Notes under the pieces: model-generated
What the model was told of the DNA's origin: nothing
The model's database searches: none
What the model saw: only the letters and a program-made list of their open reading frames with translations
Made by a program: the position numbers and the translations under genes
Shown here: positions 29,576 to 40,184 of the stretch, one piece after another
How positions within the stretch are numbered: position 1 is the first letter of the stretch
Layout of the letters: every line of letters starts with the position of its first letter
Source: Alphaproteobacteria bacterium
GTDB lineage: Bacteria > Pseudomonadota > Alphaproteobacteria > Caulobacterales > Caulobacteraceae
Reading direction: 5' to 3'
Assembly (NCBI GenBank): GCA_025359785.1
Contig: JANYET010000002.1
Coordinates: 40,598-104,597 of the forward strand
Length of the DNA stretch: 64,000 nucleotides

Positions 29576-32545
29576 ATGGCGGACGACGCGGGTCTGATCA
29601 ACGAGGTGCTCGCGGAGACCTCGTTCCTCTACGGCGGCAATGCCGCCTTCGTGGAAGACCTCTACGCGAAGTGGACGGCGGCCCCGGCGACGGTGGAGCC
29701 CTCCTGGCGCGCCTTCTTCGCCTCGCTGCACGACAGCGCCAGCGACGTGCAACGCGCCGCCGCCCAACCCGCCTGGATCCAGAAGGCCGCGCCCAGCGCC
29801 CGGCCCGACTGGCTCTCGGCGATCGACGGCCTGTGGCCCGCGGTCGAAGCCAAGCTCGGGACCAAGATCGCCGAGCGCGTGGCGGCTGAAGCGCCCGCGG
29901 CGGCGGCCTCCACCGACGCGGTCCGCGCCGCGACCTTGGATTCGCTCCGCGCCATCATGATGATCCGGGCCTTCCGGATGCGCGGCCACCTGAAGGCCAA
30001 CCTCGATCCGCTGGGTATCGCCACCACCCCGGGCGACGCCTCGGAACTCGACCCCGCCACCTACGGTTTCTCCGAGGCGGACTACGACCGGACGATCTTC
30101 CTGGACTTCGTGCTGGGGCTGGAAACCGCCACCATCCGCGAGATCCTGGCGATCGTGCGGCGCACCTACTGCGGCAATGTCGGGGTGCAGTACATGCACA
30201 TCTCCGACCCCAAGGAGAAGGCCTGGCTGCAGGCCCGCATCGAGGGCCGCGACAAGGAGATCGTCTTCACCAAGGAAGGCAAGATCGCCATCCTGAAGAA
30301 GCTGATCGAGACCGAGGGCTTCGAGAAATTCCTGCATCGCCGCTTCCCCGGCACCAAACGCTTCGGCCTGGACGGCGGCGAGAGCCTGGTGCCGGCGCTG
30401 GAGCAGATCATCAAGCGCGGCGGCGCGCTGGGCGTGAAGGACATCATCTTCGGCATGCCGCACCGCGGCCGCCTGAACGTCCTGGCCGCCGTGATGGGCA
30501 AGCCCTATCAGGTGATCTTCCACGAGTTCCAGGGCGGCTCGTCGCTGCCCAGCGACGTGGAAGGCTCCGGCGACGTGAAGTACCACCTGGGCGCCTCGTC
30601 GGACCGCGAGTTCGACGGCAACTCGGTCCACCTGTCGCTGACCGCCAACCCCTCGCACCTGGAGATCGTCAACCCGGTGGTGATCGGCAAGGCGCGCGCC
30701 AAGCAGGCCTTCCTGCTGCGCCAGACCCCGGACGCCGGCCGCGGCCACGTCATGCCCCTGCTGATGCACGGCGATGCGGCCTTCGCCGGCCAGGGCGTGG
30801 TGGCCGAGTGCTTCGCGCTCTCCGGCCTGCGCGGCTATGGGGTCGGCGGGACCATGCACTTCGTGGTCAACAACCAGATCGGCTTCACCACCAGCCCGAA
30901 GAATTCCCGCTCCTCGCCCTATCCATCGGACGTGGCGCTGATGGTCGAGGCCCCGATCTTCCACGCCAACGGCGACGATCCGGAAGCCGTGGTGTTCGCC
31001 GCCAAGGTCGCCACCGAATACCGCCAGCAGTTCGGCAAGGACGTGGTGGTCGACATGTTCTGCTACCGCCGGTTCGGTCATAACGAGGGTGACGACCCGA
31101 CGATGACCCAGCCCCTGATGTACGCCAAGATCAAGGAGCACCCCAGCGTCCGCGACCTCTACGCGCAACGCCTGGTCGGCGAAGGTGTGGCGACACAATC
31201 CGAGGTGGATTCCTGGATTTCCGAGTTCGACACCTTCCTCGACACCGAGTTCGATAGCGGAAAGACCTACCACGCCGACAAGGCCGACTGGCTGGACGGC
31301 AAGTGGTCGGGCCTGAAGCTGCCGGGTTCGGAAGAGAGCGGCGTCACCGGCGTGCCGCGCCAGAAGCTGCTCGACCTCGGCCACAGGATCACCAGCATTC
31401 CGGACCGCATCGCCGTCCACAAGACGGTCGAGCGCGTGATCGCCGCGCGCCGCGACGCCATCGACAAGGGCGAGGGCCTGGACTGGTCGACCGCCGAGCA
31501 CCTGGCCTTCGCGACCCTGCTCGACCAGGGCTATCCGGTGCGCCTGTCGGGCCAGGATTCGATCCGCGGCACCTTCACCCAGCGCCACGCCGGCATCGTC
31601 GACCAGACCACCGAAGAGACCTATTTCCCGTTGCGCAACCTGGGCGACAACCAGGCGCACTTCGAGGTGCTGAACTCGGCGCTGTCGGAAGAGGCGGTGC
31701 TGGGCTTCGAGTACGGCTTCTCGCTGACCGATCCCAATACGCTGGACATGTGGGAAGCCCAGTTCGGCGACTTCGTGAACGGCGCCCAGGTGGTCATCGA
31801 CCAGTTCATCTGCTCGGGCGAACGCAAGTGGCTGCGGATGAGCGGCCTCGTCATGCTGTTGCCGCATGGCTACGAGGGCCAGGGGCCGGAGCACTCCTCG
31901 GCCCGCCTCGAGCGGTTCCTGCAAAGCTGCGCCGAAGACAATATGCAGGTGGTCAACTGCTCGACCCCGGCCAACTATTTCCACGTCCTGCGCCGCCAGA
32001 TGATCCGCGAATTCCGCAAACCGTTGATCGTCATGACGCCCAAGAGCCTGCTGCGGAACAAGCGCGCGGTCTCCAATCTCGCCGATCTGGCGGAAGGCAC
32101 CGGCTTTCATCGGGTGATGGTCGACGGCGCCGAGGCCGGCGCCGACGTCGGCGGCGTCAAGCTGAAGGCCGACGACAAGATCACCCGGGTCATCGCCTGC
32201 TCCGGCAAGGTCTACTTCGACCTGATCGAACAGCGCGCCAAGACCGGCCGCGACGACATCTACGTCCTGCGCCTGGAGCAGTTCTATCCCTGGCCGCTGA
32301 AGTCGATTTCCAGCGCGCTCAGCCGCTTCAGGAACGCCGAGCTGGTCTGGTGTCAGGAAGAGCCCAAGAACATGGGCGGCTGGACCTTCGTCGATCCCTG
32401 GCTGGAGCTGACGCTGGAACGGCTGAACGTCAAGGCCAAGCGCGCCCGCTATGTGGGCCGCCCGGCCTCGGCGTCCACCGCTGCCGGCCTGATGACCCGT
32501 CACCTGAAAGAACTCGAAGCCTTCCTCACCGAGGCCTTCGCCTAA
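29576..32545 (+). CDS. sucA: 2-oxoglutarate dehydrogenase E1 component
   Basis: 989 aa. ThDP-binding region HGDAAFAGQGVV and typical N-terminus FLYGGNAAFVEDLY. Confidence 0.95.
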   Translation: MADDAGLINEVLAETSFLYGGNAAFVEDLYAKWTAAPATVEPSWRAFFASLHDSASDVQRAAAQPAWIQKAAPSARPDWLSAIDGLWPAVEAKLGTKIAERVAAEAPAAAASTDAVRAATLDSLRAIMMIRAFRMRGHLKANLDPLGIATTPGDASELDPATYGFSEADYDRTIFLDFVLGLETATIREILAIVRRTYCGNVGVQYMHISDPKEKAWLQARIEGRDKEIVFTKEGKIAILKKLIETEGFEKFLHRRFPGTKRFGLDGGESLVPALEQIIKRGGALGVKDIIFGMPHRGRLNVLAAVMGKPYQVIFHEFQGGSSLPSDVEGSGDVKYHLGASSDREFDGNSVHLSLTANPSHLEIVNPVVIGKARAKQAFLLRQTPDAGRGHVMPLLMHGDAAFAGQGVVAECFALSGLRGYGVGGTMHFVVNNQIGFTTSPKNSRSSPYPSDVALMVEAPIFHANGDDPEAVVFAAKVATEYRQQFGKDVVVDMFCYRRFGHNEGDDPTMTQPLMYAKIKEHPSVRDLYAQRLVGEGVATQSEVDSWISEFDTFLDTEFDSGKTYHADKADWLDGKWSGLKLPGSEESGVTGVPRQKLLDLGHRITSIPDRIAVHKTVERVIAARRDAIDKGEGLDWSTAEHLAFATLLDQGYPVRLSGQDSIRGTFTQRHAGIVDQTTEETYFPLRNLGDNQAHFEVLNSALSEEAVLGFEYGFSLTDPNTLDMWEAQFGDFVNGAQVVIDQFICSGERKWLRMSGLVMLLPHGYEGQGPEHSSARLERFLQSCAEDNMQVVNCSTPANYFHVLRRQMIREFRKPLIVMTPKSLLRNKRAVSNLADLAEGTGFHRVMVDGAEAGADVGGVKLKADDKITRVIACSGKVYFDLIEQRAKTGRDDIYVLRLEQFYPWPLKSISSALSRFRNAELVWCQEEPKNMGGWTFVDPWLELTLERLNVKAKRARYVGRPASASTAAGLMTRHLKELEAFLTEAFA

Positions 32546-32611
32546 ACCGCCCCGCCCGCCGTTCCTGGCCAACTCTGTTTGTGTTCCCGAGACTCTAAGG
32601 AGCTTTTCTCC

Positions 32612-33838
32612 ATGGCCGACATCATGACGCCAGCGCTGGGCGAGTCCGTCACCGAAGCCACGGTGGCGCGCTGGACCAAGAAGGCCGGCGACGCGGTGCG
32701 CAAGGACGAGATCCTGGTGGAACTGGAAACCGACAAGGTTAGCCTGGAGGTCGCCGCGCCCTCCGATGGCACCCTGTCCGAGATCAACGCCGAGGAAGGC
32801 GCGACCGTCGAGCCCGGCGCGGTGCTGGGCAAGATCACCGAAGGCGCGGCCGCGGCGAAGGCCGCTCCCGCTGCTGCGCCGGCCAAGGCGGCTGAACCCG
32901 CGCCAGCGCCTGCTAAGCCCGAAGCCGCGCCCGCTCCGGCCGCGAAGGCCGCCGCCGAACCGGTGCTGGCCCCGTCGGCGCAGCGGGTGGTCGCCGAGAA
33001 CAAGCTCGACGCCGCCGCCATCCCCGGAACCGGCAAGGATGGCCGGATCACCAAGGGCGACGCGCTCGCCGCCCTGGACGCCCGCGCCAATGCGCCGGCC
33101 CCCGCGCCGTCCGGCCCAGCGCCGGTCCGCGCGGTGCATGAGCGCGAGGAGCGGGTCCGCATGACCCGCCTGCGCCAGACCATCGCGCGCCGACTGAAGG
33201 AAGCCCAGAACAACGCCGCCATGCTGACCACCTTCAACGAGGTGGACATGAGCGCGGTGATGGCGATGCGCGCCAGCTACAAGGACGCCTTCGAGAAGAC
33301 CCACGGCGTGAAGCTGGGCTTCATGAGCTTCTTCGTCCGCGCCGTGACCCACGCGCTGAAGATGGTGCCGGACGTCAACGCCGAGATCGACGGCACGGAC
33401 CTGATCTACAAGAACCACTACGACATCGGCGTGGCGGTCGGCACCGAGAAGGGCCTCGTGGTCCCGGTGGTCCGCGATGCCGACACGATGAGCCTGGCCG
33501 AGATCGAAAAAGCGATTGGCGCGCTGGGCAAGAAGGCCCGTGACGGTCAGCTGGCCATCGAGGACATGCAGGGCGGCACGTTCACCATCTCCAACGGCGG
33601 GGTCTATGGCTCGCTGATGTCGACGCCGATCCTCAACGCGCCGCAGTCGGGCATCCTGGGCATGCATAAGATCCAGGAACGGCCGATGGCGGTCGGCGGC
33701 CAGGTGGTGATCCGGCCGATGATGTACCTGGCGCTGAGCTACGATCACCGCGTGGTCGACGGCCAGGGCGCGGTGACCTTCCTGGTCCACGTCAAGGAAG
33801 CCATCGAAGAGCCCCAGCGCCTGTTGCTGGACATCTAA
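32612..33838 (+). CDS. sucB: dihydrolipoyllysine-residue succinyltransferase (E2o)
   Basis: SD taaggag precedes ATG 32612. Lipoyl domain [11 protein letters not shown], Ala/Pro linker, and catalytic DHRVVDG motif. Confidence 0.95.
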   Translation: MADIMTPALGESVTEATVARWTKKAGDAVRKDEILVELETDKVSLEVAAPSDGTLSEINAEEGATVEPGAVLGKITEGAAAAKAAPAAAPAKAAEPAPAPAKPEAAPAPAAKAAAEPVLAPSAQRVVAENKLDAAAIPGTGKDGRITKGDALAALDARANAPAPAPSGPAPVRAVHEREERVRMTRLRQTIARRLKEAQNNAAMLTTFNEVDMSAVMAMRASYKDAFEKTHGVKLGFMSFFVRAVTHALKMVPDVNAEIDGTDLIYKNHYDIGVAVGTEKGLVVPVVRDADTMSLAEIEKAIGALGKKARDGQLAIEDMQGGTFTISNGGVYGSLMSTPILNAPQSGILGMHKIQERPMAVGGQVVIRPMMYLALSYDHRVVDGQGAVTFLVHVKEAIEEPQRLLLDI

Positions 33839-33851
33839 GGAAGTCGCTGGA

Positions 33852-35261
33852 ATGGCCCAATACGACGTCATCATCATCGGCGGCGGCCCCGGCGGATACA
33901 ACGCCGCCATCCGGGCCGGCCAACTGGGCCTGAAAGTGGCTTGTGTGGACAAGGGGATCGACGGCGGCGGCGTGCTGGGCGGCACCTGCCTGAACGTCGG
34001 CTGCATGCCGTCGAAGGCCCTGCTGCACGCGTCCGAGATGTACGACGCCGCGGCCAACCATTTCGCCGAGCTGGGCATCGAGGTGACGCCGAAACTCAAC
34101 CTCGCCCAGATGATGGCCCAGAAGCAGGTGTCGGTCGGCCAGCTGACCAAGGGTATCGAGTTCCTGTTCAAGAAGAACAAGGTGGACTGGGTGAAGGGCG
34201 CGGGCCGGATCGCCGGCGCCGGCAAGGTCGAGGTGACCGGCGCGGACGGCGCGATCACCGCGCTTGAGGCGAAGAACATCGTCATCGCGACGGGCTCGCT
34301 GCCCGCCGGCCTGCCGGGCGTCGAGGTCGATCAGAAGCGGATCGTCGATTCGACGGGCGCCTTGTCGTTGACGGAGGTCCCGAAGAGCCTGCTGGTCATC
34401 GGGGCCGGCATCATCGGCCTGGAGCTCGGCTCGGTGTGGCGCAGGCTCGGCGCCCAGGTGACGGTGGTGGAGTTCCTCGACCGGATCACGCCCGGGATGG
34501 ACGCCGAGGTCGCCAAGACCTTCCAGCGCTCGCTCACCAAGCAAGGCATGGTGTTCAAGCTGTCGTCGAAGGTCACCGGCGCCAAGGCGTCCAAGACTGG
34601 CGTGTCCCTGAGCGTCGAGCCGGTGGCCGGCGGCGCGGCCGAGACACTGGAGGCCGACTACGTGCTGCTGGCCATCGGACGCAAGCCCTACACCGAGGGT
34701 TTGGGCCTGGAGACCGTGGGCATCACGCCGGACAAGCGTGGGTTCATTCCGACCGACCACTGGAAGACCTCGGCGCCCGGCGTCTGGGCGATCGGTGACG
34801 TGACGCTCGGCCCGATGCTGGCGCACAAGGCCGAGGACGAGGCCGTCGCCTGCATCGAGACCATCGCCGGCAAGGCGGGCCATGTGGCCTATGGCCTGAT
34901 CCCGAGCGTCGTCTACACGACGCCGGAGGTCGCCTGGGTCGGCAAGACCGAGGAGGAGCTGAAGGCCGAGGGCCGCGCCTACAAGGCCGGCAAATTCCCG
35001 TTCACCGCCAACAGCCGCGCCAGGATCAACCACGAGACCGAGGGCTTCGTGAAGATCCTCGCCGACGCCACGACCGATGAGATTCTGGGCGCGCATCTGA
35101 TCGGACCGCATGTCTCCGAGATGATCGGCGAATATTGCGTGGCCATGGAATTCCGAGCCGCGTCCGAGGACGTGGCCCGCACCTGCCACCCGCACCCCAC
35201 GCGCTCCGAGGCCCTTCGCCAGGCCGCCATGGGCGTCGAGGGGTGGACCATGCAGGCCTGA
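33852..35261 (+). CDS. lpdA: dihydrolipoyl dehydrogenase (E3)
   Basis: GGGPGGY FAD motif, redox-active [10 protein letters not shown], and C-terminal HPHPT. Confidence 0.95.
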   Translation: MAQYDVIIIGGGPGGYNAAIRAGQLGLKVACVDKGIDGGGVLGGTCLNVGCMPSKALLHASEMYDAAANHFAELGIEVTPKLNLAQMMAQKQVSVGQLTKGIEFLFKKNKVDWVKGAGRIAGAGKVEVTGADGAITALEAKNIVIATGSLPAGLPGVEVDQKRIVDSTGALSLTEVPKSLLVIGAGIIGLELGSVWRRLGAQVTVVEFLDRITPGMDAEVAKTFQRSLTKQGMVFKLSSKVTGAKASKTGVSLSVEPVAGGAAETLEADYVLLAIGRKPYTEGLGLETVGITPDKRGFIPTDHWKTSAPGVWAIGDVTLGPMLAHKAEDEAVACIETIAGKAGHVAYGLIPSVVYTTPEVAWVGKTEEELKAEGRAYKAGKFPFTANSRARINHETEGFVKILADATTDEILGAHLIGPHVSEMIGEYCVAMEFRAASEDVARTCHPHPTRSEALRQAAMGVEGWTMQA

Positions 35262-35283
35262 CCCTCGCCGTGGAGGTCCGGCC

Positions 35284-35706
35284 TTGGAGGTAAGGCGTGC
35301 GAGGTCCGACGAACTCGGCGCCTGCGCCGACCTCTACGTCCGGGTGCTCCGCGAGACCTTCACCTGGCTGCCGCCGGAGCGGCACAAGCGCGACGACTTC
35401 CTGAGCGCCGCCAAGGAAGAAGAGATCTACGTCGCCGTCGAGGGCGGCCGGATCCTGGGGATCGCCGCCCTGTTCCGGCCGCAGAATTTCCTGCACTCCC
35501 TCTATGTCGACGACCGCACGCGCGGCGTCGGCAAGGCGCTGCTGGACCATGTCGCCGCCCACGCCGAAGGGCCGCTCTCGCTGAAGGTCCAGGCTCCGAA
35601 CGTGCGCGCCCAGGCCTTCTACCGCCGAGAAGGCTTCCTCTGCACCGAACACGGCCGCGACCCGGGCTCGGACATCGCCTGGCTGCGGCTGGTGCGGCCG
35701 GGCTGA
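35284..35706 (+). CDS. GNAT family N-acetyltransferase
   Basis: 140 aa. RTRGVGKALLDHV acetyl-CoA motif. TTG start is uncertain. Confidence 0.7.
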   Translation: MEVRRARSDELGACADLYVRVLRETFTWLPPERHKRDDFLSAAKEEEIYVAVEGGRILGIAALFRPQNFLHSLYVDDRTRGVGKALLDHVAAHAEGPLSLKVQAPNVRAQAFYRREGFLCTEHGRDPGSDIAWLRLVRPG

Positions 35707-35767
35707 GAGTTAACTTGGCGCGCGCGGCCATCGGCGCCACCCTCGGCGGCTTGAATGGAGGCCTTCG

Positions 35768-36061
35768 ATGATCGCTCTTCTGCTGGCGGCGGGGACAGCC
35801 TTCCTGCCGAACCCCTTCCCATCCAGTTCGTCCGCCACGGCCTGCAAGGCTCCCATGACGATGCAGACGTCCTTCGCCGATCCTGTGCTGCTGTTGCGGC
35901 CGCAGGATCGCGCGGTTTCGCAGGCGAAGCGGTTGACCGAACTGCCCAAGGCCAATCTGGAATATGCGGTGATGCGCACCGTCGGCGGTTGCGTCGTGCC
36001 GAGCGTCGTCCGCTATGACGCCGAGGGTGACGGTCACGTCGCGGGCGGCGGCTCGAAATAG
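35768..36061 (+). CDS. hypothetical small protein (97 aa), possible signal peptide
   Basis: SD ggagg lies 6 nt upstream of the ATG. Hydrophobic N-terminus MIALLLAAGTAFL. No family recognised. Confidence 0.45.
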   Translation: MIALLLAAGTAFLPNPFPSSSSATACKAPMTMQTSFADPVLLLRPQDRAVSQAKRLTELPKANLEYAVMRTVGGCVVPSVVRYDAEGDGHVAGGGSK

Positions 36062-36092
36062 GCCCGAGCCGGCGCATTTGGGGGGATGATCG

Positions 36093-36659
36093 ATGGAGTT
36101 GGTGCTGGTCCGACACGGGCTGCCGGAGCGGACTGACGCCACTAGCGATCCGCCGTTGACGCAGGAAGGCCACGACCAGGCCCGCCGCGTGGCCGCCTGG
36201 CTCGAACCCGAGCCCTTCGATGCGGTCTACTCCAGCACCATGCTGCGCGCCGTGCAGACCGCTGAGCCCTTCACAGCCCTGCAGGGTCATCCGCTCGTCC
36301 AGCGAGATGGCATCGTTGAGTTCGACCGCGGCTCGGGCGCCTATACGCCGATGGAGGTGCTGAAGCGCGAGGACTATGCCGCCTGGAAACGGATGGCCGA
36401 TGGCGAGCACGACATCGACATAAGGGCTTTCCAGGCCAGCGTGGTCGAGACCCTGGAGGCGATCATCGCCGCGCACTCCGGCCAGCGGGTGGTGGTGTTC
36501 TGCCACGGCGGGGTCGTCAATGTCTGGACGGCGCATGTGCTGGGCATGGCGCCCCGGCTGTTCTTCGAGCCTCGCTACACCTCGGTGCACCGCTACATGT
36601 GCGCCCGCTCCGGCCAACGCAACGTGCTCAGCCTGAACGAGACCGCACACCTCAGATAG
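36093..36659 (+). CDS. histidine phosphatase (phosphoglycerate mutase) family protein
   Basis: RHG catalytic motif at the N-terminus (LVLVRHGLPER) and a second His in VVFCHGGVV. Confidence 0.8.
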   Translation: MELVLVRHGLPERTDATSDPPLTQEGHDQARRVAAWLEPEPFDAVYSSTMLRAVQTAEPFTALQGHPLVQRDGIVEFDRGSGAYTPMEVLKREDYAAWKRMADGEHDIDIRAFQASVVETLEAIIAAHSGQRVVVFCHGGVVNVWTAHVLGMAPRLFFEPRYTSVHRYMCARSGQRNVLSLNETAHLR

Positions 36660-36708
36660 TGCAGGTACGTCAATTCAGTCGACAAGCCGGCGCGACGTCC
36701 TAGGGTTT

Positions 36709-37833
36709 ATGCTCGCCTTGGGGCCCGCCATGAACAAACTCGAATTTCCCACCACCGTCGAGGCGATGACGCCGGCCTGGCTGACGCAAGTGCTGCGCGA
36801 AGACGGGGTTTTGGGCGAGGGCGTGGTGGTGGCTTTCAGCGCCGAGCCCCTGGGCGTCGGCGTCGGCTTCATGAGCGCGCTGCGCCGGCTGACCCTGCAA
36901 TGCGAGGGCGCCGCCGAGGGCATGCCCGGCACGCTTATCGCCAAGCTGCCGCCGTCCGATCCGGGGGCGCGGACCATCGACGAGGCCTTCAACTTCTATG
37001 AGAAAGAGGTCGGCTTCTATCAGCAGCTGGCCTCGACGACCCCGGTCCGCGCGCCGCGCGCCCACTACGCCGCCTTCGATGCGGCGAGCCGCGACTTCGT
37101 GCTGCTTCTGGAGGACATGGCGCCCTCGGTGATCGGCGATCAACTTACGGGCCTCAGTTTCGCGCAGGCCGCGATGGCGGTGGACGCCCTGGCGTGTGTC
37201 CACGCCCGTTGGTGGGGCGATCCGGCGCTCGACCAGATGGACTGGCTGATCCCGGTGAACGGCGTGGAGTTCAACCGGCTTTGCGGCATCGTTCCGCAGT
37301 GCTGGCCGGCGGTGCTCGACTTCGTTGGCGCGGCCATGCCGCCGGCCGCGAAGGCGGCTGGCGAGCGATTGGCGACGGCGATGTCAGCCATGCTCGACGA
37401 GGCCTATGCGCGACCACGCACCATGGCCCACGGCGACTACCGCGCCGACAATATGTTCTTCCGGCCGGGCTGTGAGGTGGCGCCCTTCGCGGTCGCCGAC
37501 TGGCAGATCATTTTCAAGGGCAACGGAATTTTCGACCTCGCCTATCTGCTGACCGGCAGCCTGGACGTTGAGATGCGCCGAGCGCGTGAGCGCGAACTCC
37601 TGGCGCTCTACCACGGCCGCCTCGTGGCTGAGGGCGTGAAGGGCTACAGCCTGGAGGACTGCCTGGACGACTATCGCTTCTGGGTGATGCTGGGGCTCGC
37701 CTGGCCGGTGGTGGCCATCGGCACGTTAGACACCGCCAACCCACGCGGCGTCGCCCTGTTCAGGGCCTGGATCGAGCGCGCGCTGGCGGCCATCGTCGAC
37801 TGGAAGGCCTGGGAGATGCTGCCTGCCGCCTAA
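36709..37833 (+). CDS. phosphotransferase (APH / choline-kinase / EcKL-like) family protein
   Basis: Brenner-type catalytic motif HGDYRADNMFF followed by DWQ. 374 aa. Alternative start at ATG 36730. Confidence 0.75.
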   Translation: MLALGPAMNKLEFPTTVEAMTPAWLTQVLREDGVLGEGVVVAFSAEPLGVGVGFMSALRRLTLQCEGAAEGMPGTLIAKLPPSDPGARTIDEAFNFYEKEVGFYQQLASTTPVRAPRAHYAAFDAASRDFVLLLEDMAPSVIGDQLTGLSFAQAAMAVDALACVHARWWGDPALDQMDWLIPVNGVEFNRLCGIVPQCWPAVLDFVGAAMPPAAKAAGERLATAMSAMLDEAYARPRTMAHGDYRADNMFFRPGCEVAPFAVADWQIIFKGNGIFDLAYLLTGSLDVEMRRARERELLALYHGRLVAEGVKGYSLEDCLDDYRFWVMLGLAWPVVAIGTLDTANPRGVALFRAWIERALAAIVDWKAWEMLPAA

Positions 37834-38744
37834 GCGTGCGGGTGGGCCTTGGAATAGGCGCTCAGCAGGGCCGCTGCATCGACCTGGGTGTAACGCTGGG
37901 TGGTGGACAGCGATGCGTGGCCCAGCAGTTCCTGGATCGAGCGAAGGTCGGCGCCGGCGCCCAGCAGGTGGGTGGCGAAGGAATGGCGCAGGGCGTGCGG
38001 CGTGGCGCTGGCGGGCAGGCCCAGACGGCCCCTGAGAACCTGGACCGTGGCCTGGACGTGACGCGGGCTTAGCGGCCCTCCGCGCTTGGCGCGGAACAGC
38101 GGCTCGTCGGGGCCCAGCGCGAAGGGCAATTCCGCCAGATAGGCGTCGGCGGCCTCGCGAACGGCGGGCAGAACCGGCACGATGCGCGTCTTGGAGCCCT
38201 TGCCGAGAATACGCAGGCTGTCGGGGAACGGTGCGTCGGACCGCTTCAGCGACAGGGCCTCGGAGATCCGCAGGCCGCAACCGTAAAGCAGGGTCAGCAC
38301 GGCCTCGTCGCGGGCCGCTTCCCAGTCCTCGCAGTCGGGGTCGAGGCCGGGCTCGGCCATCATGCCGCGCGCCTGGTCCTCGCTCACTGGGCGGGGTGCG
38401 CCGGGGCGGACCTTTGGGCCGCGGACCAACGCAATGGCCGGGTTGGGTGCGTCGAGGCGGCGGTCGAGGAAGCGGTGGAAGGTGCGGATGGCCGACAGCG
38501 CCTGGCTGAGCGAGCGGGGCGACAGCGGCCTGTCGCCCTGACGCAGATGGGCGAGCCAGGAGCGGATATCGCCGGCAGTGACCTGCGCCAGCGTGGCGAC
38601 CGAGATCGCCTCTCCAAGATGTTGCTCGAGGAAGGCGATGTAGCGGCGCGCGGCGAAGCCGTAGGCCTCGAGGGTGCGGGGCGAGGAGCGGCGTTCGTGG
38701 GCCAGGTGCTCCAGCCAGAGCGCCAGGGCCTCTCTCGCTGTCAT
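37830..38744 (-). CDS. xerC: tyrosine recombinase XerC
   Basis: Start trimmed to MTAREALALWLEHL. Catalytic residues lie in RISEAL, HALRHSFATHLL and LGHASLSTTQRYT. Lies immediately downstream of a DUF484 gene, as is usual for xerC. Confidence 0.85.
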   Translation of the reverse strand: MTAREALALWLEHLAHERRSSPRTLEAYGFAARRYIAFLEQHLGEAISVATLAQVTAGDIRSWLAHLRQGDRPLSPRSLSQALSAIRTFHRFLDRRLDAPNPAIALVRGPKVRPGAPRPVSEDQARGMMAEPGLDPDCEDWEAARDEAVLTLLYGCGLRISEALSLKRSDAPFPDSLRILGKGSKTRIVPVLPAVREAADAYLAELPFALGPDEPLFRAKRGGPLSPRHVQATVQVLRGRLGLPASATPHALRHSFATHLLGAGADLRSIQELLGHASLSTTQRYTQVDAAALLSAYSKAHPHA

Positions 38745-38760
38745 TTTGGGCGAGCCGGCA

Positions 38761-39447
38761 TCAGAGCAGCGGCCAGCGCTCGGCGGTGCGTTCGACAACC
38801 CGGGCAAGGAAGGCCACCAGCTCGGCGCCCATGTCTTCGGTAAAGCTTTCGGCATCGCCCGAGCCGAAGGCCAGCAGGCCCTGACGCGAGGGCTCCCAGA
38901 TCGCCATGCGGACCATGGCCATCGACTGGATGGCCTCGGACCGCTCGCCGAACAGGCCGAGCGCGGTCGGGGCGAAGCCCATGCGGGCCAGCCGCTGGGG
39001 CCCGTCCAGGATCATGTCCACCTGGCCCTCGACCAGCCGCTTCCAGCCGGCCGGCGGGTTGCCCTCGGTTTCCAGGGCGATGACGCCGGCGGCGAGGCCG
39101 AAGCGTTGTTGCGCGAGCTCGTCCACGCGGCGGGCGAGGTCGGAGTGGTTGCGCCCGTCCAGCAGATCGACGACGGCGCCGTGGGTCTGGGCCTGGGCGG
39201 CGAAGTTGGCGCGGGCGGTCTCTTCCAGATGCTGGCGCTGGGTCGCTTCCTGCTGATGGGCCGCGTGGATGCGGGCCATGGCGGCGGGCGCGAACTCCAC
39301 CACGTTGCCGCCAGCCGCGACCTTCAGGCCAAGCTCGCCCAGCAGGCCGTCATCGCCGGTGAGGAATTCCGGATTGTCCGATAGGAACCGACGCACCGCT
39401 GCAGGCTCGATACGGGCTTCTTCAATTCCGCCCTGCGACCCGTCCAT
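38761..39447 (-). CDS. DUF484 family protein
   Basis: 228 aa. VRRFLSDNPEFL N-terminus and a GAF-like C-terminal part. Confidence 0.8.
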   Translation of the reverse strand: MDGSQGGIEEARIEPAAVRRFLSDNPEFLTGDDGLLGELGLKVAAGGNVVEFAPAAMARIHAAHQQEATQRQHLEETARANFAAQAQTHGAVVDLLDGRNHSDLARRVDELAQQRFGLAAGVIALETEGNPPAGWKRLVEGQVDMILDGPQRLARMGFAPTALGLFGERSEAIQSMAMVRMAIWEPSRQGLLAFGSGDAESFTEDMGAELVAFLARVVERTAERWPLL

Positions 39448-39462
39448 GCCATTCCCCGAAAC

Positions 39463-40116
39463 TTACAGGATCGACTGCCCCGTCTTGGCCCAGTCGCTCA
39501 TGAACTGATCAAGCCCCCGTTCGGTTAACGGGTGCTTGAAGAGCGCGTTGAACACGTCGGGCGGAATGGTCGCGCAGTCGGAGCCGGCCAGCGCCGCGGT
39601 GGTGACGTGCGCGGGGGTGCGGATCGAAGCGGCCAGGATCTCGGTGTCGAAGTCGTAGTTGTCGTAGATGGCGCGGATTTCGACGATCAGGTCCATGCCC
39701 TCGGCGCCCACGTCGTCCAGGCGGCCGATGAAGGGCGAGATGTAGCTGGCCCCCGCCTTGGCGGCGAGCAGCGCCTGGGCGGCGGAGAAGCACAGCGTCA
39801 CATTGGTGGCGATGCCCTCGTGGGCGAATTCTCGGCAGGCGATCAGGCCATCGCGGGTCAGCGGCAGCTTCACCACCACATTGGGCGCGATGGCGGCGAG
39901 CTTGCGGCCCTCGTCCAGCATGCCGACGGTGTCCATGGCCGCCACTTCGGCGCTGACCGGCCCGTCGATGGCGGCGCAGATCTCGGCGATGACCTGCAGC
40001 ATGGGCCGGCCCGACTTGGCGATCAGGGTCGGGTTGGTGGTGACGCCGTCGACCAGGCCGGTCTGGGCGAGGTCCTTGAGGACGGCCACATCTGTGGTGT
40101 CGAGGAAGAGCTGCAT
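39463..40116 (-). CDS. fsa: fructose-6-phosphate aldolase / short transaldolase (type 3B)
   Basis: 217 aa. [18 protein letters not shown] and VVKLP Schiff-base lysine region. Confidence 0.9.
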   Translation of the reverse strand: MQLFLDTTDVAVLKDLAQTGLVDGVTTNPTLIAKSGRPMLQVIAEICAAIDGPVSAEVAAMDTVGMLDEGRKLAAIAPNVVVKLPLTRDGLIACREFAHEGIATNVTLCFSAAQALLAAKAGASYISPFIGRLDDVGAEGMDLIVEIRAIYDNYDFDTEILAASIRTPAHVTTAALAGSDCATIPPDVFNALFKHPLTERGLDQFMSDWAKTGQSIL

Positions 40117-40184
40117 AGGGATTTGACCTTGAGAATGCGGAGGGAGCTTGTAGCCGCAACCGGGATGCGCGCAAAACCCTCCCG

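Noticed and set aside
29282-34285. 1667-aa ORF on the minus strand spanning sucD-sucA-sucB-lpdA
   Set aside because: It is antisense to four unambiguous TCA-cycle genes. Its composition is Arg/Gly/Ala/Pro-rich and low in complexity, typical of stop-free shadow frames in GC-rich DNA. No recognisable motif.
37830-38744. Tyrosine recombinase as a marker of an integrated mobile element
   Set aside because: It has the XerC-type N-terminus and lies directly downstream of DUF484, the conserved chromosomal xerC context. There are no flanking tRNA, att-like repeats, phage genes or compositional shift.
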